IMG/VR virus record: IMGVR_UViG_3300009528_000013 | Location: 32,001-96,000 of that record | DNA: 64,000 bases | DNA from: a virus | Reading direction: 5' to 3' (one strand) | Part shown: positions 1 to 8,477 of the stretch, one piece after another | Layout: every line of letters begins with the position of its first letter | Position numbering within the stretch: the first letter of the stretch is position 1 | Translations under genes and position numbers: made by a program | The notes under the pieces: model-generated | The model's input: only the letters and a program-made list of their open reading frames with translations | What the model was told of the DNA's origin: nothing | Database searches by the model: none

Positions 1-244
1 CGCCCCGTGATCTTTAGATGACTGACGTTCAGATCGTCCCTCAGATTCGAGTACCGATCCTTGAGGTATCTGAGCGCAAACCATCTGACCTGCATGTGGT
101 GTACCCAGTCGCCGTCAACTACAACGTCTACGCTGAAATCGGCCCGGTAGTCCACCGTCTCGATGTGAACAATCTTTCGTAGCTCGGGCATCGGTCTTGC
201 TTTCATGTCTGGCAATGGCATCTTCGGTCTCCCTTCCTTCAGGC

Positions 245-655
245 CTATAGTCGGCATTGTTCTTTCCTCCTGGTCGGTTCGGGAACTGGAAGCCAGCCCT
301 CGGTGCAATGAGGACACGGCTGCCAGTCGATCGCACCGGACTTCTTCTTTCCGGCAGCGACCTCGTTCGTTCCGTCGCAGACCGTGCAGATCAACGCTTC
401 CCATCCGTGATCCCATGAGATATGGTTTCGGAGAGGTGCATGGATGTGAACGCAGACCCGGGTGAAGTTGATGATACGGAATCCTCGTTGCTGCAAGAGC
501 CCGAGGAATGCGGACAGACTTCGACCGGACTTTCTACCGATCTGGATCTCCGAGTCGAAGTCTCCGGTAAGCTGAACCTTGAAGCCGTCTTCCTTTGCGG
601 CTTTGCTGAGATACTGTCTTGCTGTCACGTTCAATTCAATCGCCTCCTTTCCCAA
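245..655 (-). CDS. hypothetical protein, C-terminal CxxC pairs
   Basis: ORF with a GGAGGCGA RBS near its 5' end (true start probably slightly internal); ICTVC and PCPHC motifs. Confidence 0.6.
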   Translation of the reverse strand: MGKEAIELNVTARQYLSKAAKEDGFKVQLTGDFDSEIQIGRKSGRSLSAFLGLLQQRGFRIINFTRVCVHIHAPLRNHISWDHGWEALICTVCDGTNEVAAGKKKSGAIDWQPCPHCTEGWLPVPEPTRRKEQCRL

Positions 656-657
656 AT

Positions 658-834
658 CTACTTTACTGATCCCGCCTCTCGCAATCGGAGTACCCGAGCT
701 TTCTCCTGGAGGTACTCGAGTTGAGATGCGGTGACTCTTCTGACTCCCCGCTTCCCGGTGTTCTTTCTCTTCGGGCCTCCAATCGACTTCAGCTTCGCAG
801 TCGTTGCTTCATCAAGCAGGTCTTCGATTTTCAC
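658..834 (-). CDS. small basic hypothetical protein (58 aa, not in ORF track)
   Basis: GTG start after AGGAGG; reads VKIEDLLDEATTAKLKSIGG...REAGSVK* and fills the gap between neighbours. Confidence 0.45.
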   Translation of the reverse strand: MKIEDLLDEATTAKLKSIGGPKRKNTGKRGVRRVTASQLEYLQEKARVLRLREAGSVK

Positions 835-1255
835 AGCGAGCTATCGCCTCCTTTCCAATTACCCAGAATACAGCCGGCCGATTTCTAGCCAACCACTTTT
901 CTGCATCTTCTGGATCTACGTGACATTCATATCCGACGAACTCTCTACCATGACTCATTACTGCCAGGTGCGCAAACATCTCCGTAACGCCCTCGTGGGA
1001 ATAGTCTGCTGCCATATCTGCCGCAAGATAGTCAGCCGGATAATCGCCTCCGTACTCACATCTCGCCAACTCCAGAAGCTCTTCCCTCGATGCACTCTCA
1101 AACCAGGGCGTCGCATCGAAAGAGACTTCGACTGCATAATCGTCGGAATGACACTCTGCCTTTATCAATCTGATCGCCTCCTCTCGGTTGTTTCTGATCT
1201 TTGGACATGAAGAGGGGCCTCGCGGTTGAGCCCCTCCCCCGCAACGGATTCCCAC
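812..1255 (-). CDS. hypothetical protein
   Basis: ORF track; internal GAGGAGGCGA RBS suggests a TTG start near 1170. Confidence 0.6.
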   Translation of the reverse strand: MGIRCGGGAQPRGPSSCPKIRNNREEAIRLIKAECHSDDYAVEVSFDATPWFESASREELLELARCEYGGDYPADYLAADMAADYSHEGVTEMFAHLAVMSHGREFVGYECHVDPEDAEKWLARNRPAVFWVIGKEAIARCENRRPA

Positions 1256-1271
1256 CGTCTCCTAAGTCCTT

Positions 1272-1544
1272 CTATCCGGTCGCCACACCGCACTTCTTAC
1301 AATCGGTAAAGTAGTGCTTCACGCTGGCGCCCATCGAAAGGCCGTCGAGATGCTTCGTCGTTGTTCCCTTCCAGACGAACGACATCCGCTGCTTGGCGAT
1401 CTCCCCGCAGGTTACGCAGACTGTCGGGTACTCGAGGACGATCAGCGTCCCCTCCTGAAAACCTCCATCAGGAACCAAACAGGGCGCTCTCGCCCGCCCC
1501 CGATCCGCTGCTTTCTTGATCAGCTTCAGATTTTGCGTGTTCAT
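1272..1544 (-). CDS. hypothetical Zn-ribbon protein
   Basis: CVTC...CKKC; RBS upstream. Confidence 0.55.
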   Translation of the reverse strand: MNTQNLKLIKKAADRGRARAPCLVPDGGFQEGTLIVLEYPTVCVTCGEIAKQRMSFVWKGTTTKHLDGLSMGASVKHYFTDCKKCGVATG

Positions 1545-1894
1545 AGTTCCCCCCTCCTTTCCGACCTCGAGCTTTCTGGAAACTGGACCCTGAATATAAA
1601 TCCAGTACCATCGTCGGCGTTGTCGTCGTAAGTCACTCCGTCGTCGGCTTCTTCCTCTCCATCTCCCTCTTCATCCTCATCCCCACACTCTTCCCGAACA
1701 AAGTCTGCATACGGGTCAAGCTCATCGCTCAAATCCGGCAAGTCTGCACCATACCTGAAACTTCGTTCGATACCCGCAATCTCCTGAGCTAAGTCGGGCA
1801 CCGGGTTCACCTCCTTTCGAGACCGTCTTTTCACCTCACCGGAGCATTGAAACCCGATGGAAGTGAAAGCCCATATCGAATGCAACACTGACAA
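1541..1894 (-). CDS. acidic hypothetical protein
   Basis: ORF track; Asp/Glu-rich; overlaps the next start. Confidence 0.45.
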   Translation of the reverse strand: MSVLHSIWAFTSIGFQCSGEVKRRSRKEVNPVPDLAQEIAGIERSFRYGADLPDLSDELDPYADFVREECGDEDEEGDGEEEADDGVTYDDNADDGTGFIFRVQFPESSRSERRGEL

Positions 1895-2237
1895 GCTCCT
1901 CTTCGGACTTCGCTTCCTCTATCCGATCCTCGAATCCCCTGGACAGGCTCTCGGACCCGACAACCGCATCCACAACCCCGAGCTTCGCCCGAAGCGCTCT
2001 CTTCATCGGCTCTCGCTCTTTCTCTTTCTCTGCCCGTCGAGCATACATCTCTTTGACGTACTCGTCGATCTCCTGATGGGTCACTCCTGCTCGGGATAGC
2101 GCATACACGAGCCTCTCTTCGGCCTCGCGGCAGAGTGTTGCCGCCGAGCAGACGTGCCCCTGAATCAGACGGGCTCCTGCATCCTGAACCCGCGAGCAAG
2201 CGCCCTGCAGTACGTTCACGATGTCTTTGTTTAGCAT
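1836..2237 (-). CDS. hypothetical protein, paralog family A
   Basis: Start reassigned to the ATG after GGAGGTTAGTAGACCG; MLNKDIVNVLQGAC...CREAEERLVY aligns with 2434..2850 and 3300..3503. Confidence 0.7.
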   Translation of the reverse strand: MLNKDIVNVLQGACSRVQDAGARLIQGHVCSAATLCREAEERLVYALSRAGVTHQEIDEYVKEMYARRAEKEKEREPMKRALRAKLGVVDAVVGSESLSRGFEDRIEEAKSEEELVSVAFDMGFHFHRVSMLR

Positions 2238-2437
2238 CGGTCTACTAACCTCCTCTCGTCTGCCTCTTCTTCTATTTGCCACTTTCCACACATCGCACAG
2301 TGCCCATCTCCCAGATACTGGAAGAACGTAACTTCTCCGACGTGCCCGCAATGAATGCACCTCAGTGGTTCAAGTGTACACTCCGCATTGATCACATCCT
2401 GCACTGTATAGGATTTTCTATCCGCCACCCGGCTCAC
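2231..2437 (-). CDS. small Zn-ribbon protein
   Basis: CIHC...CAMC. Confidence 0.6.
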   Translation of the reverse strand: MSRVADRKSYTVQDVINAECTLEPLRCIHCGHVGEVTFFQYLGDGHCAMCGKWQIEEEADERRLVDRC

Positions 2438-2850
2438 CTCCCCCCTTTCAGAGTTTCCTTTTCCCGATCCCTGGATCTTGCCGAAAGCTGGAAACCCATG
2501 TCGAATGTAATGCCGACCAGATCCTCAACGTCCTTCGCCTCTGTTATCCGATTCTCAAACATATCGGTCAGATCCGGGGCCACTGCAAATACGACCCCGA
2601 GCTTCGTCAGCATTGCTCTCTTGAACCACCAGAGATCTTCCAGATCCTGTCGAGCGCCCAACTCTCTGATATACTCGGCGACCTCTCCTGAATCTACTTC
2701 TGGTCGGCTCCCAACGTACACAAGCCTTTCATCGGCTTCCCGACAGTTCATAGATGCAGAACGTGCGTGGCCTCGCGCTATACACTTATTCGCTTCCCAA
2801 ATCCGTGCACAAGCTCCCTGCAGTACGCCCTTGTTCTCTTTACTAAGCAT
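2434..2850 (-). CDS. hypothetical protein, paralog family A
   Basis: MLSKENKGVLQGAC...CREADERLVY...KRAMLTKLGVV; start motif GGAGGTGACAGACCGATG. Confidence 0.75.
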   Translation of the reverse strand: MLSKENKGVLQGACARIWEANKCIARGHARSASMNCREADERLVYVGSRPEVDSGEVAEYIRELGARQDLEDLWWFKRAMLTKLGVVFAVAPDLTDMFENRITEAKDVEDLVGITFDMGFQLSARSRDREKETLKGGR

Positions 2851-2891
2851 CGGTCTGTCACCTCCTCTCGTTGTCGTTCTGTTTCTGTTTC

Positions 2892-2956
2892 ATCTCGCTA
2901 ACAGAGCCGGTGGCGTGCGGCCCCGTTTTCATCGTTACCGAATCATCGGGCGAGAA
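2892..2956 (-). ncRNA. type I hammerhead ribozyme (variant core)
   Basis: Minus strand UCUCGC-CCGAUGA-U UCG GUAA CGA U-GAAA-ACGGGGCCG CACGCCAC CGGCUCUGU-UA/GCGAGA; all three stems form; predicted cleavage after UUA (2899/2898). Confidence 0.8.
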
Positions 2957-2957
2957 C

Positions 2958-3284
2958 TCAGACTACGTTCGGCCAACTCAGCAGTTGTTCCTCAGTCAGC
3001 TTCCCATAATACTCGGACTTCAGCAAGCGCCACTTCTTCTCTCCGTTCACCAGCCACTGAACCTCCAGGCGAAGCTTCTGCTTTCCAAACTTCATCCGAA
3101 GATTTCGCTTCCCAAGAGGCATCTCCTTCTTCAGATGACCCCAGCGATCTATTCGCCAGCCCTCAATAAGCGGATTTAGGAGCCACTCTTTAATCCGGTT
3201 CTTCTTGCGCTCGATCTTCAGGCTATGGTCCGTTCTCGGATGTCGGTTGACTTTCTCCATCCGGCGTATCATTTCCCTGTCCAT
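2958..3284 (-). CDS. hypothetical protein, paralog family B
   Basis: Ends SEYYGKLTEEQLLSWPNVV, identical to the end of 5289..5603. Confidence 0.7.
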   Translation of the reverse strand: MDREMIRRMEKVNRHPRTDHSLKIERKKNRIKEWLLNPLIEGWRIDRWGHLKKEMPLGKRNLRMKFGKQKLRLEVQWLVNGEKKWRLLKSEYYGKLTEEQLLSWPNVV

Positions 3285-3299
3285 CGGTCTGTTCACCTC

Positions 3300-3713
3300 C
3301 TATCTCGCCATACACTCCTTCACGTAGTCGTTGACCTCGATGATATCTACTTCTTCCCGACTGATCACGTACCCGATCCTCCCCTCCGCTTCCCGGCAAC
3401 ACTGCGACGCTGTGTGTGCCCGACCCCGAATCAAACTCCGCTTCGCCTCACAGATTCCCGCACAAGCAGAATCCAGAATGCGCTTGTTCTCTTTGCTGAG
3501 CATCGGTCTGTTCACCTCCTTCGCCGCCTTATAAGATTCTTTCCACAATTCGACTATCTCATACAACTCCCCATGCGTCAGACCAAACTGTTCACGGCAA
3601 GCAGAATACGCAAAAACCATATCGCTGCCCGCTGCCCGATCCAGAAAGTCCTGGGGTGTCTCACACTCTCTCGCCAGTCTCTGTAATCTCTGAAGCTCCG
3701 GTATCTGTTTCAT
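3300..3713 (-). CDS. hypothetical protein with an in-frame family A module (internal start at 3503)
   Basis: Internal GGAGGTGAACAGACCGATG precedes MLSKENKRILDSAC...CREAEGRIGY. Confidence 0.65.
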   Translation of the reverse strand: MKQIPELQRLQRLARECETPQDFLDRAAGSDMVFAYSACREQFGLTHGELYEIVELWKESYKAAKEVNRPMLSKENKRILDSACAGICEAKRSLIRGRAHTASQCCREAEGRIGYVISREEVDIIEVNDYVKECMAR

Positions 3714-3731
3714 CTTGCCACCCTTTCAAAA

Positions 3732-3944
3732 CTACGGCCCGCATCCCTCCGCCCTGTCTGCACACCCGTTGCACTGATACCCCTGTTTCACATCCTTGAG
3801 CGTCAGAACATCCTCGTCCCCGCACGTCGGACAAGGATAGATACGAGGATTATCTGAGGTCGCAGCACGCAGCGCAGACCGTCCGTCCGGGTCGGCGAAG
3901 TCAATCGCAAACTCGTCTTCGTCTCTTTCTTCGTCGTAATACAC
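3732..3944 (-). CDS. small Zn-finger protein
   Basis: CPTC...CNGC; RBS upstream. Confidence 0.6.
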   Translation of the reverse strand: MYYDEERDEDEFAIDFADPDGRSALRAATSDNPRIYPCPTCGDEDVLTLKDVKQGYQCNGCADRAEGCGP

Positions 3945-3984
3945 GGGCTTTCACCTCCTCTTTCTTTTTCTCTCGATTCCAGAT

Positions 3985-4515
3985 CTACTCATCGGATTCC
4001 GAATCATCACACTTCCAGAATCCGTAATCCGCCCCGTCTCCAGGACTCGCCCCGAAGTAATATCCCTCCGGAGCAATGGCGTCGAGCGCATCGAATAGAC
4101 CCCGAAGGACCCAACGCTTGCTCTCTTCGTTGCCTCCGGATTCCACTATTTCTACGAATTCTAACTCACGCCCTTCGGCCTCTTCAGGCTTTACTTCGGC
4201 AAGTGCCGCGATAAACTTCGGGATCAGATCGTCGGCGAGCATCGTTCCCTCGCTGACCGTTCCCCTAATGCTGGTCTCCGGCCTCTCGATCTCTTCGACC
4301 TCGTGCTTCTCTGCGAAGTCCAGTTCCCGAATGTTCACGGCGATCCTTTTGAGATCATTCATAGGTTTCTCCAGATCTGTCCGTACTTCTCTGAGACTCG
4401 GAAGCACTTGCTCAGCGACATCCAAGGAAACCGTCCTGCTCCGCATATCGAGTTCTTCGATCAGTTCTCCGATCCGCGACTTGGCGCTTCTCAGCGTCTG
4501 TATGGTGACGACCAT
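3985..4515 (-). CDS. hypothetical phage protein
   Basis: GGAGGTGA RBS; C-terminal GYYFGASPGDGADYGFW motif. Confidence 0.7.
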   Translation of the reverse strand: MVVTIQTLRSAKSRIGELIEELDMRSRTVSLDVAEQVLPSLREVRTDLEKPMNDLKRIAVNIRELDFAEKHEVEEIERPETSIRGTVSEGTMLADDLIPKFIAALAEVKPEEAEGRELEFVEIVESGGNEESKRWVLRGLFDALDAIAPEGYYFGASPGDGADYGFWKCDDSESDE

Positions 4516-4551
4516 AGGTATCACCTCCCTTCGATCTCGTTCTCTTCTTTC

Positions 4552-4616
4552 ATCTCACGACCCAGGCCAGTGGCGTATGACCCAGGTTTCATCCTGTCGG
4601 AATCGTCAGGTGAGAT
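4552..4616 (-). ncRNA. type I hammerhead ribozyme
   Basis: AUCUCAC-CUGACGA-U UCC GACA GGA U-GAAA-CCUGGGUCA UACGCCAC UGGCCUGGG-UC/GUGAGAU; canonical CUGANGA/GAAA core, 7-bp stem I, GUC site (4559/4558). Confidence 0.9.
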
Positions 4617-4907
4617 CTACTTAATGAACAACTGTTCTACTCCGTAGATTCCCCAGATCTCGTGCCGGTCGTCCTTAAAAGCCGTATGCCAGAGCAATCG
4701 GCCTCGGACTTTGATCAGCATCATAAACGATGTCCCGAGTCGAGCGGAACTGAAAACTGCGTCCACGTGAGTCCAACCGAGGATGTCGAAATCTCCGCTT
4801 TCGACATCTAATTGCTTGACATCGCTGACCGTAGCGATCTGAATCTGGCTGGCGATCTTCTTGTTCAGAGTCAAGACTTCGACCTTGATAATCTGTTCTC
4901 GCTTCAT
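4617..4907 (-). CDS. hypothetical protein
   Basis: Start motif GGAGGTGACAGACCGATG; stop abuts the ribozyme. Confidence 0.7.
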   Translation of the reverse strand: MKREQIIKVEVLTLNKKIASQIQIATVSDVKQLDVESGDFDILGWTHVDAVFSSARLGTSFMMLIKVRGRLLWHTAFKDDRHEIWGIYGVEQLFIK

Positions 4908-4949
4908 CGGTCTGTCACCTCCCCTCCTTCGGAATCTTCAGGCGAGACT

Positions 4950-5204
4950 TCAATACACCAGCGCTTCTGCAGCATACACCAAGTTCGCCAAGTCGAGCGC
5001 ATCCATCTGGAATTGATCAGCGACCCGGTTCATACGACGGATGAACCTTTCTGCCCGTTCCTGATTGATCGCATGGAACGAGACGAACGGAAGCTGGCCG
5101 CCGCCGAATCCTCTTTCTGGCCTACTCAGTCGGTGGTCGACCGACCTATCGGTTTTGTCGTGATCTCCGAGATGGCTCGTGAACGTCTTCAGTTCGATTG
5201 TCAT
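4950..5204 (-). CDS. hypothetical protein
   Basis: Start motif GGTGGTGAACAAACCGATG. Confidence 0.6.
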   Translation of the reverse strand: MTIELKTFTSHLGDHDKTDRSVDHRLSRPERGFGGGQLPFVSFHAINQERAERFIRRMNRVADQFQMDALDLANLVYAAEALVY

Positions 5205-5288
5205 CGGTTTGTTCACCACCTTTCTCTTGTTGTCCTATGCCTGTTTAACCTGTTTTCTCAGGAGACGGGCACGGGCCCGTCTGCACAC

Positions 5289-5603
5289 TCAGACAACGTT
5301 CGGCCAACTCAGAAGCTGCTCTTCGGTCAACTTCCCGTAGTACTCCGATCTGACCCGGTGCCATACTTTCTTGTCGGACTCCCACCACTGTTTCTCCAGA
5401 CGGACAACCTGCTTTCCAAACTTCAATCGGAATTTCCACCGTCCATCGTCGGTCGTCTTCTGAAGATGGCCGAAGCGATCTTCCGACCAGCCATTGGCAT
5501 TCAGTAGCCATTCCTTGACCAGCTTCTGTTTCCGCAACGCCAACTTTTTTCTGGGTGCCGTCGGTCGGTAAGGTTCCACTATGCGTATCAGGCCTCTGTC
5601 CAT
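5289..5603 (-). CDS. hypothetical protein, paralog family B
   Basis: Shared KEWLLN...GW...D.(F/W)GHL.K...KFGKQ..RLE and identical C-terminus with 2958..3284. Confidence 0.7.
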   Translation of the reverse strand: MDRGLIRIVEPYRPTAPRKKLALRKQKLVKEWLLNANGWSEDRFGHLQKTTDDGRWKFRLKFGKQVVRLEKQWWESDKKVWHRVRSEYYGKLTEEQLLSWPNVV

Positions 5604-5638
5604 CGGTTCGCCTCCTCTCCGTTGACCGCCCTGAACGC

Positions 5639-5839
5639 TCACTCGACATTCAACTCTAACAAACCATCGACCTCTACCTTCAACTTAAACCGGAACCCGA
5701 GTTCGCCATCCTTGCGATCTATCGTGATCTTCTCAACTGCTCTATCAAGATCACCGAACTCTTCTTCGACCGCCTCGATTGCTTTGGATAACTCCTCGGT
5801 CAGACGATGTGCGAAAAAAATGCTCTTCTCTTTTGTCAC
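5639..5839 (-). CDS. small hypothetical protein
   Basis: ORF with GGAGGTGA RBS. Confidence 0.55.
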   Translation of the reverse strand: MTKEKSIFFAHRLTEELSKAIEAVEEEFGDLDRAVEKITIDRKDGELGFRFKLKVEVDGLLELNVE

Positions 5840-5845
5840 CCGCCT

Positions 5846-6127
5846 TCACCTCCCTTCTGCCGATCGCCTCATTCGGTCAATCATCTCGACGTTTTTGTCC
5901 CGGAGATATTCGGAGATTTTTCTCCGAGCAACGTCAAGCTCATCCTGAGCATCTCGCAACGAAGCCAGCGCCTTGTATGAGAAGTCTCCCCTAAACCACT
6001 GTCGAGCATCGAGGACGTGACCGATCGCCTCCCGCATACTCCTGTCAACGGGCGTACCCCCCTCCACAGATTTCGCCATAGACTTTGCCATAGACTTTGC
6101 CATAGACTTTGCCATAGACTTTGCCAT
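5846..6127 (-). CDS. hypothetical protein with repeated N-terminal MAKS
   Basis: GGAGGTGA RBS at 6133-6140; tandem 12-bp repeat at the 5' end. Confidence 0.6.
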   Translation of the reverse strand: MAKSMAKSMAKSMAKSMAKSVEGGTPVDRSMREAIGHVLDARQWFRGDFSYKALASLRDAQDELDVARRKISEYLRDKNVEMIDRMRRSAEGR

Positions 6128-6133
6128 AGACTT
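6075..6133. repeat. 12-bp tandem repeat GCCATAGACTTT x~5
   Basis: Read directly from the sequence. Confidence 0.95.
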
Positions 6134-6366
6134 CACCTCCCTTCGGTCTGTTGTAACTTACAACGTTTTTCATGGGAGTCATGAACAGACCTAAACCCCT
6201 ATGAAAATACTGTGATGTGGATCCGATTTTGAAAACGTAACTTCCGAAAGATCACACCAGAAAGACAAACGCCGAAAGTCTGACCTGTTTCCACTAACCC
6301 CTTGACCCAGAATGTCCTGAACGATTTTCAAGCCCCTCCGAAGAGAAGAAAGAAAGACCGAAAATC

Positions 6367-6866
6367 CGGATCCTTATCGCATTGATTCTATTGAAGTTAA
6401 GTGCGTTTATGACTCCCACTTTTCTGCCCTTTCAATACTTAGGTTCCAAGAACCCGGACCCTTATCACATTGTTTTTTAAGGCGCTTAGGTGCAGTTATG
6501 ACTCCCACCAAAACTGTCGTAAGTCGAAAAAGGGCGGTTTTTTCGACCCCTCATCGCATTGTTTTTTAAGGAGCTTAGGTGCAGTTATGACTCCCATTTA
6601 TTTACACACACAGCACCCCCCTCTCTCTAAGTTTTTACTTTTCCCCCCTCTGTCAAAAAAACAAGTACTTGGTTCCTTGTTACCCCCTTCTCAGACCCCA
6701 GACCCATAGAATAGTACTAGCTCAGAAATAGTCTATCCGTAGATAATATCTTTCTATATCAGTACGCTTAGTGTACTATATGTTATGTGTGTTCCTATAT
6801 GTGTGTGTATGTTTATGACTCCCATAAATACACTTAACTCCTTTATTTACAATGCGATAAGGGTTC
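6367..6866. repeat. iteron-like ~48-bp repeats (3 direct, 1 inverted)
   Basis: CCTTATCGCATTG...TTA(A/G)GTGC..TTATGACTCCCA at 6372, 6460 and 6549 (88-89 bp period); inverted copy ends at 6863; noncoding region. Confidence 0.85.
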
Positions 6867-7144
6867 GGCTTTTCCTGGGGGATTGTGCCTAACTTGTTGT
6901 TTTCCTTGACATTACGGAAGAAAGTCGGCAACCGAATCGGAGAGAATCGGAGAGCACCACTCGGTCGATTACCAGATTCTGGTCTCTCAAACCCCCTGGG
7001 ATTCTCTTGAACAGCGTCCTCCGATCTGAGAAGACGGTTCTCTCCCCTATGTTTTCTTTTCTAAGCCCTTTTCTTGTGTTTGAAAGCCCCCCCCAAAGGG
7101 AAAAAGGGTCCCCAATCTGTTAGAAATCTATTGGTTCTCTTGCA

Positions 7145-7208
7145 TCTCACGACCCTGGCCAGTGGAGTTTGGCCGTGGGTTTCGTCCTATTGGACTCATC
7201 GGGCGAGA
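7145..7208 (-). ncRNA. type I hammerhead ribozyme
   Basis: UCUCGC-CCGAUGA-GUCC AAUA GGAC-GAAA-CCC AC GGCCA AACUCCAC UGGCC A GGG-UC/GUGAGA; canonical stem II; GUC site (7151/7150). Confidence 0.88.
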
Positions 7209-7364
7209 CTACGGCAAGCTTGCTCGGATATGAAGTCTCGATTCAGCTTCTTCGGTTGCCCGTCTCAGTCTGTCTAAGCCAACCTCCCTTCGCCGATCAT
7301 CGGTAAGCTTTTGCCTCATCCTGTAGACGCCGTGCAGGCGCCGGTCGAGTTCCGAAGAGCTCAT
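7209..7364 (-). CDS. small hypothetical protein (51 aa, not in ORF track)
   Basis: MSSSELDRRLHGVYRMRQK...EEAESRLHIRASLP*; GGAG RBS; TAG directly precedes the ribozyme. Confidence 0.55.
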   Translation of the reverse strand: MSSSELDRRLHGVYRMRQKLTDDRRREVGLDRLRRATEEAESRLHIRASLP

Positions 7365-7490
7365 CTCGATCATCTCCTTATGGCAATCTGGGTTGAATTT
7401 TCAGCGCCGCTCGGATCCTGAGTACCCGGCGTACACGCTTCAGACGCTTTCGCTGTGCAATCTTTTCTTTCACGGACATCGCCTCTCCTT

Positions 7491-7685
7491 TCACAGAACG
7501 TTCAGATGCGCAACGAAGCAACTGAACCCACCCCGTACTTCCTGAAGCTTCAACTGGAGCTCGTCCAGATACGCCGTCTCCCTCTTCTCGACAATCTTCT
7601 CCTGTTGTTCGTCGATCTCTGCGACCGACTTTGTAATCGCGGCTACGTCGTGGTACATCAGTTCGACCGATTGTTCTATTGTCAT
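7491..7685 (-). CDS. small hypothetical protein
   Basis: ORF with GGGGGGTGA RBS. Confidence 0.55.
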   Translation of the reverse strand: MTIEQSVELMYHDVAAITKSVAEIDEQQEKIVEKRETAYLDELQLKLQEVRGGFSCFVAHLNVL

Positions 7686-7765
7686 CTAATCACCCCCCGC
7701 TCCTTCTGTCTCCTTTTATTCTTCGACGGTTCTGACTATTGCCTGGTATTCCCTCCTACCTCGGA

Positions 7766-7951
7766 CTATGATTTCTGTCCGATGGCTTTTGCCTGTTTGC
7801 GTGTGGCGTAGATCCCCTCCTCTTTTCCGTTGACATATAATCGGATTCGAGAATTGAGGGACTTCCCCAGGGATACTATTTTGTACTTGTTTCCCTGGGA
7901 GTTTATCCATGCCCCTATGAAAAGTTCACGATTCTCAGTCTGCTTTGCCAT
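7766..7951 (-). CDS. small hypothetical protein
   Basis: ORF with GGAG RBS. Confidence 0.5.
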   Translation of the reverse strand: MAKQTENRELFIGAWINSQGNKYKIVSLGKSLNSRIRLYVNGKEEGIYATRKQAKAIGQKS

Positions 7952-7975
7952 CGTTCTCCATTCTCCATTCTCCTT

Positions 7976-8437
7976 TCACTCTTCGACGGTCCCGGTCACT
8001 GTCCCCTTTGCACCGCACTTCGGGCAGGGGTCGAGCTCGAACGATTTGTAGATCCATCCGCACTCCAGGCACTCGATCATCATCCTCGCCTTCAGACCGC
8101 CACGGGACCGGCAGTATCGGGTTGCACCGAGACGTTCTCTTTCTTCCTGGAACGTATATCCGTGTCCGGTGTGGGGATTTGCGATATGGATGATCTCGTG
8201 TTTCAGGACTTCTCCGAGCTCGTGATTCCAACCGAACTCGTCGAAGTAATGTCCTGAGATGGTCAGCAAGAAGCGGTCGTCTTTCCGAAACCATCGAACT
8301 TTCGCCGCCACTCTTCTCAGTCGCTCCGAGATCTGAATCTCTACATTTCCCACTTTCAGGTAGGGGTAGCACTCATCCCGAACATCTGAAAGCATCTCCC
8401 AGATCTCATCGGGCGTCGGTCGTTTTCTGAACGGCAT
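7976..8437 (-). CDS. SprT-like Zn metalloprotease domain protein
   Basis: VLKHEIIH (HExxH), downstream GHGYTF, C-terminal CLEC...CPKC ribbon. Confidence 0.8.
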   Translation of the reverse strand: MPFRKRPTPDEIWEMLSDVRDECYPYLKVGNVEIQISERLRRVAAKVRWFRKDDRFLLTISGHYFDEFGWNHELGEVLKHEIIHIANPHTGHGYTFQEERERLGATRYCRSRGGLKARMMIECLECGWIYKSFELDPCPKCGAKGTVTGTVEE

Positions 8438-8477
8438 TGGTCTATTCACCACCTTTCATTTGCTATTGTGATCTGTT

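Noticed and set aside
676-730. Imperfect hairpin CGCCTCTCGC...GAGTAC...GGTACTC...GAGATGCG
   Set aside because: Lies inside the small ORF 658..834 and fits no ribozyme consensus
2276-3169. Long plus-strand ORF (297 aa) and similar antisense ORFs such as 12963..13733, 20484..21185 and 59514..60437
   Set aside because: Shadow frames of genes on the other strand that have RBS and motif support
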